Shown piece after piece: positions 8,815-18,073 of a stretch of DNA of 64,000 nucleotides; within the stretch, counting starts at the first letter, position 1; each line of letters begins with the position of its first letter. Location: assembly GCA_965232315.1 (NCBI GenBank), contig CBDDPN010000012.1, positions 1,922 through 65,921 of the forward strand, given 5' to 3'. This DNA comes from Longimicrobiales bacterium (GTDB lineage: Bacteria; Gemmatimonadota; Gemmatimonadetes; Longimicrobiales; Gaopeijiaceae). The notes under the pieces are model-generated. The model saw only the letters and a list, made by a program, of their open reading frames with translations. It did no database searches and was not told where the DNA came from. Both the position numbers and the translations under genes were made by a program.

Positions 8815-10137
8815 ATGACCGCACCAGCCAGGGACAACGACGGGGCGACCACGATCGGCCCGGTCGGCCTTGAGCGTGAGCCCGCCCTGCCCCTCCAGTG
8901 GCGGGCGTGGAGGCTGCCGTGTCGAGCTGCGCGCTGGCTGGTGCTCCCGATGTGGCTGGCGGCGTGCACGGGGACTCGGCCGGACGACCCGGATTCCGGG
9001 ACGGTGGTGATCACGGGGACGGAACAGGCCGCGGGCCCCGGCGCCGAGGCCGGCGCGTCAGTGCCGCCGGGGGCCGGCGCCGGCGCAGCAATCGCATCCG
9101 ACCCCGGAGCGGGCGCGGACGCGGCCGGCGCCCAACCACAGGCCGGCCCATCCCAGGCAACGCTCGACTCGCTTGCCGCCCAGCTCGGTGAGATCACCGC
9201 GGCACAGCAACTGATACTATCGCGGCTCGACGCGATGGAGCCGGGTGGCCCCGTGGATGCGGCCCAGGCCGACACCACCGGCGCCGTGGCCCTCGACCTG
9301 GAGGACGCGACCGAAGAAGTCCGGAGTCTTGGCGTCAGCATCTTCTGGTCGCTGGTCGTCATCGTCGTCTTCCACTTCCTGATCCGGGCACTCGCCTGGA
9401 TCCTGGAGACGCTGGCCGAACGGAGCGTCAGGCGCCGCCTCTCCATCAAGTGGCTCATCCCCATCACGCGCATGGCGCTGTGGGGGATCGCGGCGTACCT
9501 CATTCTGCGCACCGTCTTCCGAGTCGACGCCCAGGGGATCCTGGCCGCGAGCGCGGCGCTGGGCCTGGCGCTCGGCATCGCGGCGCAGGATCTGCTCAAG
9601 AACGTGTTCGGGGGCCTGATCGTGGTCTTCGACCAGCCCTTCCAGGTGGGCGACAAGATCTCCGTCGGTGGGACCTACGGGGAGGTGGTGTCGATCGGCC
9701 TGCGGTCGACGCGCATCGTGACTGCCGACGACGACCTGGTGACCGTGCCCAACTCTCAGGTTGTGGAGGAGCAGGTCGCCAACGCCAACGCCGGGCAGCT
9801 GAACTGCCAGGTCGTGACCGACCTCTACCTGCCCGGCCGCGTGGACGAGCGCAAGGCGAAGGAGATCGCCTTCGAGGCCGCGGTCACCTCGCAGTACGTC
9901 TTCCTGAACAAGCCCATCGTCGTGCTGGTGGGAGACGAGTTCCGCACCACCTTCGTCACACGTGTGAAGGTGAAGGCCTATGTGCTGGATCCCCGCTTCG
10001 AATTCCTGATGCAGAGCGACATTACCGAGCGCGCGCGCGACGGTTTCCGTGCCGCGGAGCTCATGCCGGAGCGCGACTGGTATCCGATGGTCGAGGCTCC
10101 GGACGTCGCCGCCTCGGGCGAGCGGAGCGCGCGATGA
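8815..10137 (+). CDS. MscS-family mechanosensitive channel, probable lipoprotein-type N-terminus
   Basis: MscS core LLKNVFGGLIVVFDQPFQVGDKISVGGTYGEVVSIGLRSTRIVTADDDLVTVPNSQV is preceded by TM segments. The N-terminus has a lipobox-like MWLAAC and an Ala/Gly/Pro-rich linker. Confidence 0.85.
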   Translation: MTAPARDNDGATTIGPVGLEREPALPLQWRAWRLPCRAARWLVLPMWLAACTGTRPDDPDSGTVVITGTEQAAGPGAEAGASVPPGAGAGAAIASDPGAGADAAGAQPQAGPSQATLDSLAAQLGEITAAQQLILSRLDAMEPGGPVDAAQADTTGAVALDLEDATEEVRSLGVSIFWSLVVIVVFHFLIRALAWILETLAERSVRRRLSIKWLIPITRMALWGIAAYLILRTVFRVDAQGILAASAALGLALGIAAQDLLKNVFGGLIVVFDQPFQVGDKISVGGTYGEVVSIGLRSTRIVTADDDLVTVPNSQVVEEQVANANAGQLNCQVVTDLYLPGRVDERKAKEIAFEAAVTSQYVFLNKPIVVLVGDEFRTTFVTRVKVKAYVLDPRFEFLMQSDITERARDGFRAAELMPERDWYPMVEAPDVAASGERSAR

Positions 10138-13100
10138 GCGACGCCCCGCCCCGCACCTCCGGCAGCGCGCCGGAAGCACTCGGAGACTCCGACATCGTCG
10201 CCCGCATCTCTGCGGCGGTGCACGAGCCGTTCGGAGAGGTCTGGCGAGCTTACGAAGAAGATGTGTGGCTCCCCACCCGCCGCGCGCTGGAGGAGGCCAC
10301 GGCCGCCCACCAGCGGGCCCTGGCCGGGTTCACCGGTGGCGCCGGAGATCAGGAGCAGGTTACGACGGTGGCGCGCCGGAGCCCAAACTCGCCTACGGGC
10401 GTCGAGGATGGAGCGCCGGAAGCGCTCCCGGCGGACGGTCGCCAGGGCGCGATCCCCGGCAGGGGCGATCCGGGCGCTCCCGGAGCCCTGGCCCGTTATC
10501 GCCGCGCGGTCTCGGAAGATGTCATCGAACCCCTGCGAGCCGCACTTGCCGGACGCGCTGCCGCGGCTTCGCTGGAAGAATCACTTGCCCGGGCCACCGA
10601 CCGCATTCGGGCCTCGCTGATCGAGTTGCCGGCCCTTGTGGAGGCTCCAGCCTCCGGCCCGCCGGCCGTGCGACTCGCCGGCACCGGCCCCATACGCACG
10701 ATCAAGCGGGCCGGCGCTCGAGTGTTCGGCCCGCTGGTGTGGAGGGGCCGTGTCCGCCGCGTTCCGGTAGCCCGTCTGGCCCGCCAGCACCTCGACCAGG
10801 TCGTGCTGCGGGTGCAGGCGAGCGCCTTCAGGGAGAGCCAGCGCGTCCGGGCCGGACGGCTCGGTCGCCTGGAGCGCGCGTGGGCCGACTGGACCGCTGG
10901 GCTGCTACACCCTCCGCCCGCCGCGGCCGAAGGACAACCGGGCCGGACGGCGTCCCCGGCCGCGCCGCACCGCGTCGCTGCAACCGCGCTGCAGGCTGAG
11001 CTCGAGGCGATCACCAACGACATGGACGCGGCTTCGAGGAGTTCCCCGGGCACCGAATTCGGCTCCATGAACGCGCACCTGGCCGCGTCGGTGGCGGTGG
11101 CGGGCACGTTCGCGGCAGACCCGCCTTCCAGCCGCCCGGGCCCTGGAAGGCAGGAGGAGCTGGCCCGCCGCTGGGACGCCTGGGCCGAGGGGGCGTCGGC
11201 CCGTCTGGAGCTGTACCGGAGTCTGGCCGTGATGAGACGCGGGACGGACCGGATTCTCCAGGCGTTGCGGGAGGACTGGGGCCGGACCGTCCGCGGCGCG
11301 GACTCGGTGCTCGGCGAAATCTCGACCGAACTGCGTCGGGGTCGGGAGCGGGCGAAGAGCCTGTCGCCGGAGGAAGAAGGTCTGCCGCGGCTCCTGGACG
11401 CCGAGCGGGCGCGCACGGACACGGCGCTGGCTCGCATACAGAGCACCCTGCCTGATCCGGACCTTCTGTTCGACGCGCTGAACTCCGCGGTCGGGGCGGC
11501 GATCAACGGCCTGGACGGGGTCCGCGAGCGGATGCCCGGAACCCTCGCCCTTCACGACATCCCGGAGCCCGGAGACGCGCCGCGAAAGCCGCCGACCGAT
11601 GCCCGCACCGTGCGACTGCGCGAGACGTTCCTCCACGCGTTCGACACCCTCCGGCGGGAGCGCATCGGGGCCGCGCCCTTCGCGATCCGCGAGGCGATGC
11701 ACCGGGTGCACTCGGAGGTGGCCGAGCTCCGCGAGGTCTCCGGGTACGGGTACGAAGCCGCGGTCGCGGAGTTGACCGACGAAGGCGACCCCGGTTCCGT
11801 GCCCCCCACCGTGCTCGCCTCCAACGGTCTCGCCCGGGCCGGCACCAAGGCTGCTGCGGCGCGCGACCGGTTGCACGAGTCCCTCGCGGCGGCGGAGAAC
11901 CGGGTCGCCGCGGAGATCCGCGAGGGCTCGCGGCAGCTGATCGCGCAGGCCACCGCTGACCGGATGACCGCCGGCTATCTGGAGGCCCGCACCTACCTGA
12001 CCGCCGGATTCATCCGGTTGTGGAAGCGCTGGAGCGGTCGTTTGCAACAGACCGGTGCCCGCGTCGGCGCGGCCGCGACCTGGCTTGCGGGGCTTCTTCG
12101 GCGGATGGTGGCGCGAATTGGGCTCGGCCCGTCGGCCCAGGCGGTTGCGGACCCGCACGAACGCTCGCTGGCGTACGCCGAGGCGTACCCGCGCACGCTG
12201 CCCGTGGTCTACCGGCGCCTCTTCTCGCTCGAGCCCCTGACCGATCCGCGAATGCTGGCGGGGAGGGAAGATGTCCTTGCCGCGGTAGGGGCGGCCTGGT
12301 CCCGGCGGGAAGCCGGCGACGCAAGGTCCCTCGTCGTCATCGCATCGCCCGGCGTGGGGGTGACCAGTTTTCTGAACATCGTCGCAAGCCGTCTCTCCGG
12401 AGAGGCCCCGGAAGGGGTGAGGCGAACCTTCACGACGCGCGTCCGGGAAGAGGCCCATCTCGCCGCATCTCTGGCTGAATGGCTGGGTCTCGAGGAGGCG
12501 CGCGATCTCGACTCGCTCGCACGCCAGATTCTCGAGACGCCTCCCGGCGTGGTTCCCGGCCTCGTCATTCTGGAGGCCACCGAGCATCTGCATATGCGTG
12601 CGCCCGGAGGCGGCGTCCTGTTCGAGCGCCTCCTCACCTTCATGTCGCGAACGGAATCCAGGGTGTTCTGGATCCTGGCGATGACATCCTCGGCCTGGCA
12701 GCTGATGGAGAAGCGCGCCCCCGCCTTCGTGCACGATGTAGAGCGCGTCGTGCTGGGCGAACTGTCTCCCGGCCAGCTCAGGCAGGCCATCGTGGCCCGG
12801 CACCGGCTGAGCGGCCTTCCACTGCGCTTCGCGGAGCCGCGCGACGGGCGGGCAGCGCTACGTCGCCGGACGCACCGTCTGCGAGGCAAGAACAAACAGG
12901 CGCGTCGCGTCGAGGCGGACTACTTTCAGCAGCTGCACCGCGCTTCCCGGGGATCGATTCGGCTGGCTCTCTTCCACTGGATGCGGTCGGCGGACTTTGA
13001 CACGGTCGAGGGGAATGTCCTGGTTCAACCGCTGAATGCGCTGCACTCCGGGATCGGGCACCTCGACCGGGCCCAGAGCTTCGCCCTGAAGGCCGTCCTG

Positions 13101-13349
13101 GACCACGGGACGCTGACCGCGGGTGAGTATTGCGAGGTTGCGCGGGCGCCGGCCGCAGAGTGCACGCACATCCTCCGCTCGCTGGAGGAAAGCCGCCTGA
13201 TCGAGACGGTCGCCGACGCGGCCAGGGAGGGGGGGCGCACGAACGCGGGGGGCGGGCCGGCGCACGGATATGGGTCCCGCTACCGGATCCGCCCTCTCAT
13301 GATCGGCGCCGTCGCGGCCCATCTCAGGTCACGCAACATCCTGCATTAG
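10134..13349 (+). CDS. large hypothetical protein: helical N-region, degenerate ORC/AAA_16-like NTPase module, C-terminal winged-helix-like segment
   Basis: ATG 10134 overlaps the mscS stop (ATGA). The listed 1299-aa ORF upstream of 10134 is the alternative frame of mscS. The Walker-A position reads IASPGVGVTS (Lys replaced by Val), the Walker-B position reads LVILEATE, and the C-terminus reads LTAGEYCEVARAPAAECTHILRSLEESRLIE. Confidence 0.6.
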   Translation: MSDAPPRTSGSAPEALGDSDIVARISAAVHEPFGEVWRAYEEDVWLPTRRALEEATAAHQRALAGFTGGAGDQEQVTTVARRSPNSPTGVEDGAPEALPADGRQGAIPGRGDPGAPGALARYRRAVSEDVIEPLRAALAGRAAAASLEESLARATDRIRASLIELPALVEAPASGPPAVRLAGTGPIRTIKRAGARVFGPLVWRGRVRRVPVARLARQHLDQVVLRVQASAFRESQRVRAGRLGRLERAWADWTAGLLHPPPAAAEGQPGRTASPAAPHRVAATALQAELEAITNDMDAASRSSPGTEFGSMNAHLAASVAVAGTFAADPPSSRPGPGRQEELARRWDAWAEGASARLELYRSLAVMRRGTDRILQALREDWGRTVRGADSVLGEISTELRRGRERAKSLSPEEEGLPRLLDAERARTDTALARIQSTLPDPDLLFDALNSAVGAAINGLDGVRERMPGTLALHDIPEPGDAPRKPPTDARTVRLRETFLHAFDTLRRERIGAAPFAIREAMHRVHSEVAELREVSGYGYEAAVAELTDEGDPGSVPPTVLASNGLARAGTKAAAARDRLHESLAAAENRVAAEIREGSRQLIAQATADRMTAGYLEARTYLTAGFIRLWKRWSGRLQQTGARVGAAATWLAGLLRRMVARIGLGPSAQAVADPHERSLAYAEAYPRTLPVVYRRLFSLEPLTDPRMLAGREDVLAAVGAAWSRREAGDARSLVVIASPGVGVTSFLNIVASRLSGEAPEGVRRTFTTRVREEAHLAASLAEWLGLEEARDLDSLARQILETPPGVVPGLVILEATEHLHMRAPGGGVLFERLLTFMSRTESRVFWILAMTSSAWQLMEKRAPAFVHDVERVVLGELSPGQLRQAIVARHRLSGLPLRFAEPRDGRAALRRRTHRLRGKNKQARRVEADYFQQLHRASRGSIRLALFHWMRSADFDTVEGNVLVQPLNALHSGIGHLDRAQSFALKAVLDHGTLTAGEYCEVARAPAAECTHILRSLEESRLIETVADAAREGGRTNAGGGPAHGYGSRYRIRPLMIGAVAAHLRSRNILH

Positions 13350-13430
13350 GGTTGGAAAGCCCGGATTTCGCTGGAGGTTCGGATTAGCCGGGATGCGAGC
13401 CTGGACGAGTTCGCGGCCCGCCGGCCCGCC

Positions 13431-16400
13431 TCAGCCCGCCTCGCCCCCCAGCCGGCCGTAGCGCAGGAACAGGGCGGGAATGATGAACATGTTGAGGAAG
13501 GTCGACGTGATCAGGCCGCCGAGCACGACCACGGCGAGCGGCGCCTGAATCTCCTTGCCGGGCTCTCCGATGCCCATCGCCAGCGGGATCAGCGCCAGCC
13601 CCGTGGTGAGCGCCGTCATCACGATCGGGCTGAGGCGTTCTGCGGAGCCGCGCCGGATGCTTCGGACGAGGGGGAGACCGTCCGCGCAGAGTTGCTGATA
13701 GCGGCTCACCAGCAGGATGCCGTTGCGAACCGCGATACCGAAGAGGGTGATGAAACCGACCAGCGTGGCCACGTTGATGGTGCCGCCGATCAGCAGAACC
13801 GCAGCCACCCCGCCTGCCAGGGCGAGAGGCAGGTTGGCCATGAGCAACGTAGCCGTGCGCACGTCCCGGAAGGCCTTCAGCAGGACGAGGAAGATCGCGG
13901 CGATCGAGAAGAACGAGAGTACGGCGATGCGTCGGGTGGCGGCCTGTCCGCTCTCGAACTGGCCTCCATACTGAACGGAGTACCCCTGGGGCAGTCCCAC
14001 CCCCGCCGCAACCCGATCCTGCAGCTCCGTCACGGCGCTCACCACATCGCGGCCGGCCACGTTGGCGCTGATCGTGATCTTCCGCTGGACGTTCTCGCGG
14101 CTGATGGTGTTGGGGCCGCGAGCGGGGACGACGGAGGCCAGTTGTGACAGCGGAACCGTCGCGCCGGCCGGGGTCGTCACCAGCGTGCCGGCTATGGCAT
14201 CCGCATCCGCACGGTGTTCGTCCGAATAGCGCACGACCAGGTCGAAGGCGCGCTGGCCCTCTCGAATGAGCGAGACCTCCTCTCCCTGAAAGGCCACGTC
14301 CACCGCCGCCGTGAGCGAACCCGGGGTCGCGCCGTAGCGGGCCATGGCCCGCCGGTCGACGCGAATCTGCAGCTGCGGCACGTCGGCCTGCTGCTCGGCC
14401 GCGATGTCCACCAGCCCGGGGACGTCCCCGGCCACGGTCTCGATCTCCGCCGCGATGTCGCGCAACGGCTGCAGCTGGGGCCCGAACAGGTTCACCGCGA
14501 TGGCGGCGCGCGTCCCGGACAGCATGTGGTCGATGCGGTGTCCGATGGGCTGTCCCACGGTGACGCTGGTGCCCGGAAACCCGTTCAGGTCTGCGCGCAG
14601 CTCCTCCAGCACATCGTCGAGGTCGTGGTCGGCCAGGTCGAGTCGCGCGTCGATCTCGGAGGCGTTGGGCCCCTGGGCATGCTCGTCCAGATCCGCCCGC
14701 CCGGTGCGCCGCGAGGTGGAAACCACCGCCGGGTGAGCCAGGAGACGACGCTCGACCCGGGCTCCGATTCCGTCCGATTCCGCGAGCGACGTTCCCGGCA
14801 GGCTGATCACCGAGATGGTCAGCGCGCCCTCCCGGAACGGAGGCAGGAACTCGCCGCCGAGCGTCGGAATCACAGCCACGGTGCCCGCGAGCAGCACGCC
14901 CGCCCCCACCAGCGCCGCCCCGGAACGACGGAGCGTCCACTCGAGCATCCCGCCATAGAGGGCCTGGACCCGGCGCAGCAACCAGGGTTCGCGCTTCCTC
15001 GCGAGCGAGCGGTGTCTTGGAAGAAGCAGGGAACACAGCACCGGCGTCACGGTGACCGCCACCAGCAATGACGCCAGGATCGCCACGATGTAGGCCTGAC
15101 CGAGAGGGCGCAGCATGCGGCCCTCCACCCCGGTCAGGAAGAAGAGCGGGACGAAGACGACGGTGATGATGATGGTGGCGTTGACGATCGGATCGCGCAT
15201 CTCGCGCGCCGCGTCGCGGATGAGGTTGAGGGTCGCCCACTGCTCTCCTTCCGGGCGGCGCCGATTCTCGCGCAGCCGTCGCCAGGCGTTTTCCACGAAG
15301 ATGATTGCGTCGTCGACCAGGGCGCCGATGGCGATCGCCATCCCCCCCAGCGTCATCGTGTTGATCGTGCCTCCGAGCAGGCGCAGGGCGATGACGGCGA
15401 GCGCAAGCGACAGCGGAATCGCCAGCAGCGAGATGACCGTTGTGCGCAGGTTCCACAGGAAGAGGGTGAGGATGACGACGACGAGCACGGCGCCGTCGCG
15501 AAGCGCCTCCACGACGTTGTCGACGGCCAGCGAGATGAAGTCGGCCTGCCGGAAGATGGTTCGCTGGAAGGCCACGCCCGTGGGAAGCTCCGTCTCGATC
15601 AGGTCCAGTTCGGCATCGACGAGCCGGGTCAGCTCGAGCGTGTTGGCTCCGGGCTGTTTCTGAATCGTCAGGATTACGGCGGGTTCGGCGTTCACCGAAG
15701 CCGTCCCGAAGCGGATCTTCGGGCCGATGCGCACCTCGGCGACGTCCTCGATGAGCACCGGGACGCCGTCCCGCACGGCGACCACGGTGAGGCCGACATC
15801 CTCCACGCCGCGAGCACGTCCCAGGCCCCGGATGAGGACTTCCCGGCCGCCGGAGCTGAAGACGCCTCCCGAGACGTTGCGGTTCGAGCCGCCGGCGGCG
15901 GCGAGGACCTCGTCCAGGGCGACGCCGTACGACAGCAGCAGGCGCGGATCGACCAGGATCTGGTACTGGCGGACTTCGCCGCCGATCGGAACCACCTGCG
16001 ACACGCCCGGCAGCGCCAGCAGCCTCGGCCGCACGACCCAGTCGGCGGCGGTGCGCGCCTCCATGAGCTGTCGCTCGGGCGCAGTCAGGCCAATGAGCAG
16101 AATCTCGCCCATGATCGAGCTGACGGGGGCGAGGACGGGCGCCGTGACATCCTCCGGGAACCGCGCGGCGGCGAGTTGAAGCCTCTCGTTGACGGTCTGC
16201 CGGGCCCGGAAGAGGTCGGTGCCCCAGTCGAAGTCCACCCAGACGATGCTGATGCCCTGGGCCGAACTCGACCGCACGCGCCGAACGCCGGGCGCGCCGT
16301 TGACGGAGGTCTCGACCGGGAACGTGACCAGGCTCTCCACCTCTTCGGGACCGAGGCCGTGGGCGTCGGTGAGCACCGTCACGGTAGGTGCGGTCAGATC

Positions 16401-16550
16401 CGGAAAGACATCGACGGGGAGCGTCGCGGCGATCCATCCGCCTCCCACCAGCACGGCGACGGCGGCGCCGATCGTGAGCACCCGGTTTGTCAGCGACGCG
16501 CCCACCAGCGCGTCGAGCAGGCCGGTCCGCTGCGTCAGCTTCGAGGACAT
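13431..16550 (-). CDS. heavy-metal efflux RND permease (CusA/CzcA family)
   Basis: ~1040 aa starting MSSKLTQRTGLLDALVGASL. The 12-TM RND architecture and the LGGEFLPPFREGALTISV segment are typical of CzcA/CusA. The start was trimmed from the listed 16682. Confidence 0.9.
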   Translation of the reverse strand: MSSKLTQRTGLLDALVGASLTNRVLTIGAAVAVLVGGGWIAATLPVDVFPDLTAPTVTVLTDAHGLGPEEVESLVTFPVETSVNGAPGVRRVRSSSAQGISIVWVDFDWGTDLFRARQTVNERLQLAAARFPEDVTAPVLAPVSSIMGEILLIGLTAPERQLMEARTAADWVVRPRLLALPGVSQVVPIGGEVRQYQILVDPRLLLSYGVALDEVLAAAGGSNRNVSGGVFSSGGREVLIRGLGRARGVEDVGLTVVAVRDGVPVLIEDVAEVRIGPKIRFGTASVNAEPAVILTIQKQPGANTLELTRLVDAELDLIETELPTGVAFQRTIFRQADFISLAVDNVVEALRDGAVLVVVILTLFLWNLRTTVISLLAIPLSLALAVIALRLLGGTINTMTLGGMAIAIGALVDDAIIFVENAWRRLRENRRRPEGEQWATLNLIRDAAREMRDPIVNATIIITVVFVPLFFLTGVEGRMLRPLGQAYIVAILASLLVAVTVTPVLCSLLLPRHRSLARKREPWLLRRVQALYGGMLEWTLRRSGAALVGAGVLLAGTVAVIPTLGGEFLPPFREGALTISVISLPGTSLAESDGIGARVERRLLAHPAVVSTSRRTGRADLDEHAQGPNASEIDARLDLADHDLDDVLEELRADLNGFPGTSVTVGQPIGHRIDHMLSGTRAAIAVNLFGPQLQPLRDIAAEIETVAGDVPGLVDIAAEQQADVPQLQIRVDRRAMARYGATPGSLTAAVDVAFQGEEVSLIREGQRAFDLVVRYSDEHRADADAIAGTLVTTPAGATVPLSQLASVVPARGPNTISRENVQRKITISANVAGRDVVSAVTELQDRVAAGVGLPQGYSVQYGGQFESGQAATRRIAVLSFFSIAAIFLVLLKAFRDVRTATLLMANLPLALAGGVAAVLLIGGTINVATLVGFITLFGIAVRNGILLVSRYQQLCADGLPLVRSIRRGSAERLSPIVMTALTTGLALIPLAMGIGEPGKEIQAPLAVVVLGGLITSTFLNMFIIPALFLRYGRLGGEAG

Positions 16551-16564
16551 CGACCCGTCGGGCT

Positions 16565-18073
16565 TCAGTGCGGGTGGCCGTGATCGGCGAGCTCGGCGTC
16601 CCCCAGCGACGCGAGGAACACCTGGTAGGCGCCGACGGTCACCACCCGTTCGCCGCTCGCCACCCCGGAGACGAGGGTCCACGACCCGTCGGAGGGGCCC
16701 GGCTCGACCACCCGCCGCTGGAAGCTCTCGCCTCCGACCTCGACGTAGACGACCCCGAGCCCGTCCTCGTCCTCGATCGCCGCGGACGGGACGGCCACGC
16801 CGTTGACCGGCTCACCGGTGAGGAGCCGACCCTCGGCCAGCATGCCCACCTTGAGCTTGTCCTCCGGGTTGGCGACGGCGAAGCGCAGCGGCAGGGTGCG
16901 GGTGTCGGGGTCGATGACGGTACCGACGGAGACAACCCGGTCGGTGGTGTAGGTCGCGTCCGCCCCCTCGACCGTGAACCAGGCCTCCCGCACCCCGCCC
17001 GCCGCCGCGGCCTCGCGCGCGGGCAGCCGGGCGATGTACCAAAGCGTCTCCGGATTGACCACCGTGAAGGCGTGCGCACCCGCTTCCACCTGCTCGCCGG
17101 CAGCGACACGGCGCTCCGAGATGACGCCGCGGATGGGGCTTCTCAGCGAATAGAGGTGCGCGGCCTCCTCGCCTTCCGGCGGCTGAATCCCGCCCACGGC
17201 CGCGAAGGCCGCGCGCGCCACCTCCAGTTCGTGCCGTGCCTCGAGCAGGCGCCGTTCCGGGACGGCCTCGGCGGCGAAGAGCCGCTCGGCCCGGGTCGCT
17301 TCGCGCTCCGCATGCGCCACCCGCACCTGCATGCGCGCGAACGAGTCATCCAGGCTGGTGGGGGCGATGAGGGCGAGCGTCTGTCCCTCGGCGACCGGAT
17401 CGCCCGGGGCGGGAGTCGGACCCCGCACGACCACCAACCCGGTAACCGGCACGGAGACATGCGCGAGCCCGTCGGCGGGCGCGACGATCTCTCCGGTCGC
17501 CGGAATCGAGCGGGGGATACTGCGCTCCTCCGCGGCAGCCACCGCGAAGGGCATCGTCCACTGCTGCTCCTTCAGCAGCGTGATCAGGCCCCCGGGCGGG
17601 ATCTCCTCGTCCAGTGACAGGGCGTCCTGGCTCTCGAAGACCTCCAGCTCGCCCACTGGGACCGGGTACTCCCGGCCGCGGGCGGAAAGCGTCAGGTCCG
17701 CGCGCCAGATTCCTGCCGCGGGCAGCACCGGCGCCGCGGTGAAGACGCCCGCGCGGTTGGGAGCGGCCATCACGATCTCCTCGCGCGCGCCCCCCGGCCC
17801 TTGCAACGCCAGCCTGAGGCTGCCTTCCTCGACCGGCGTCCAGTCCGCGAGCCAGGTAAGATGGATGGCCCACGCGTCGCCCTCCTCGTCCCGCAGGTGC
17901 GGCGGATACTCGACGAAGAGTTCGAGGGCGTCGGTCCAGAGCGTCACCACCCCGCCGCCGGCAAAGACCTGATCGGCCTCCGCCGGAATCTCGTCCGCGC
18001 CCGGACCGCAGCCGATGCACCAGAGCGCGGCGGCCGCCCCGGACACCCGCGCCACGTCGACTCGGCGCATCAT
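16565..18073 (-). CDS. RND efflux periplasmic adaptor (membrane fusion protein), His-rich C-terminus
   Basis: 502 aa with a lipoprotein-like WCIGCG and HlyD/CusB-like barrel-sandwich segments. The C-terminus is ADHGHPH. The start overlaps the upstream gene stop at 18070-18073. Confidence 0.8.
   Translation of the reverse strand: MMRRVDVARVSGAAAALWCIGCGPGADEIPAEADQVFAGGGVVTLWTDALELFVEYPPHLRDEEGDAWAIHLTWLADWTPVEEGSLRLALQGPGGAREEIVMAAPNRAGVFTAAPVLPAAGIWRADLTLSARGREYPVPVGELEVFESQDALSLDEEIPPGGLITLLKEQQWTMPFAVAAAEERSIPRSIPATGEIVAPADGLAHVSVPVTGLVVVRGPTPAPGDPVAEGQTLALIAPTSLDDSFARMQVRVAHAEREATRAERLFAAEAVPERRLLEARHELEVARAAFAAVGGIQPPEGEEAAHLYSLRSPIRGVISERRVAAGEQVEAGAHAFTVVNPETLWYIARLPAREAAAAGGVREAWFTVEGADATYTTDRVVSVGTVIDPDTRTLPLRFAVANPEDKLKVGMLAEGRLLTGEPVNGVAVPSAAIEDEDGLGVVYVEVGGESFQRRVVEPGPSDGSWTLVSGVASGERVVTVGAYQVFLASLGDAELADHGHPH

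Noticed and set aside
9450-10133. Upstream 228 codons of the listed 1299-aa ORF, and similarly 5331..5474 and 16551..16682.
   Set aside because: These extensions overlap the well-supported upstream genes in another frame and look non-protein-like. Internal Met codons coupled to the upstream stop codons give sensible N-termini.
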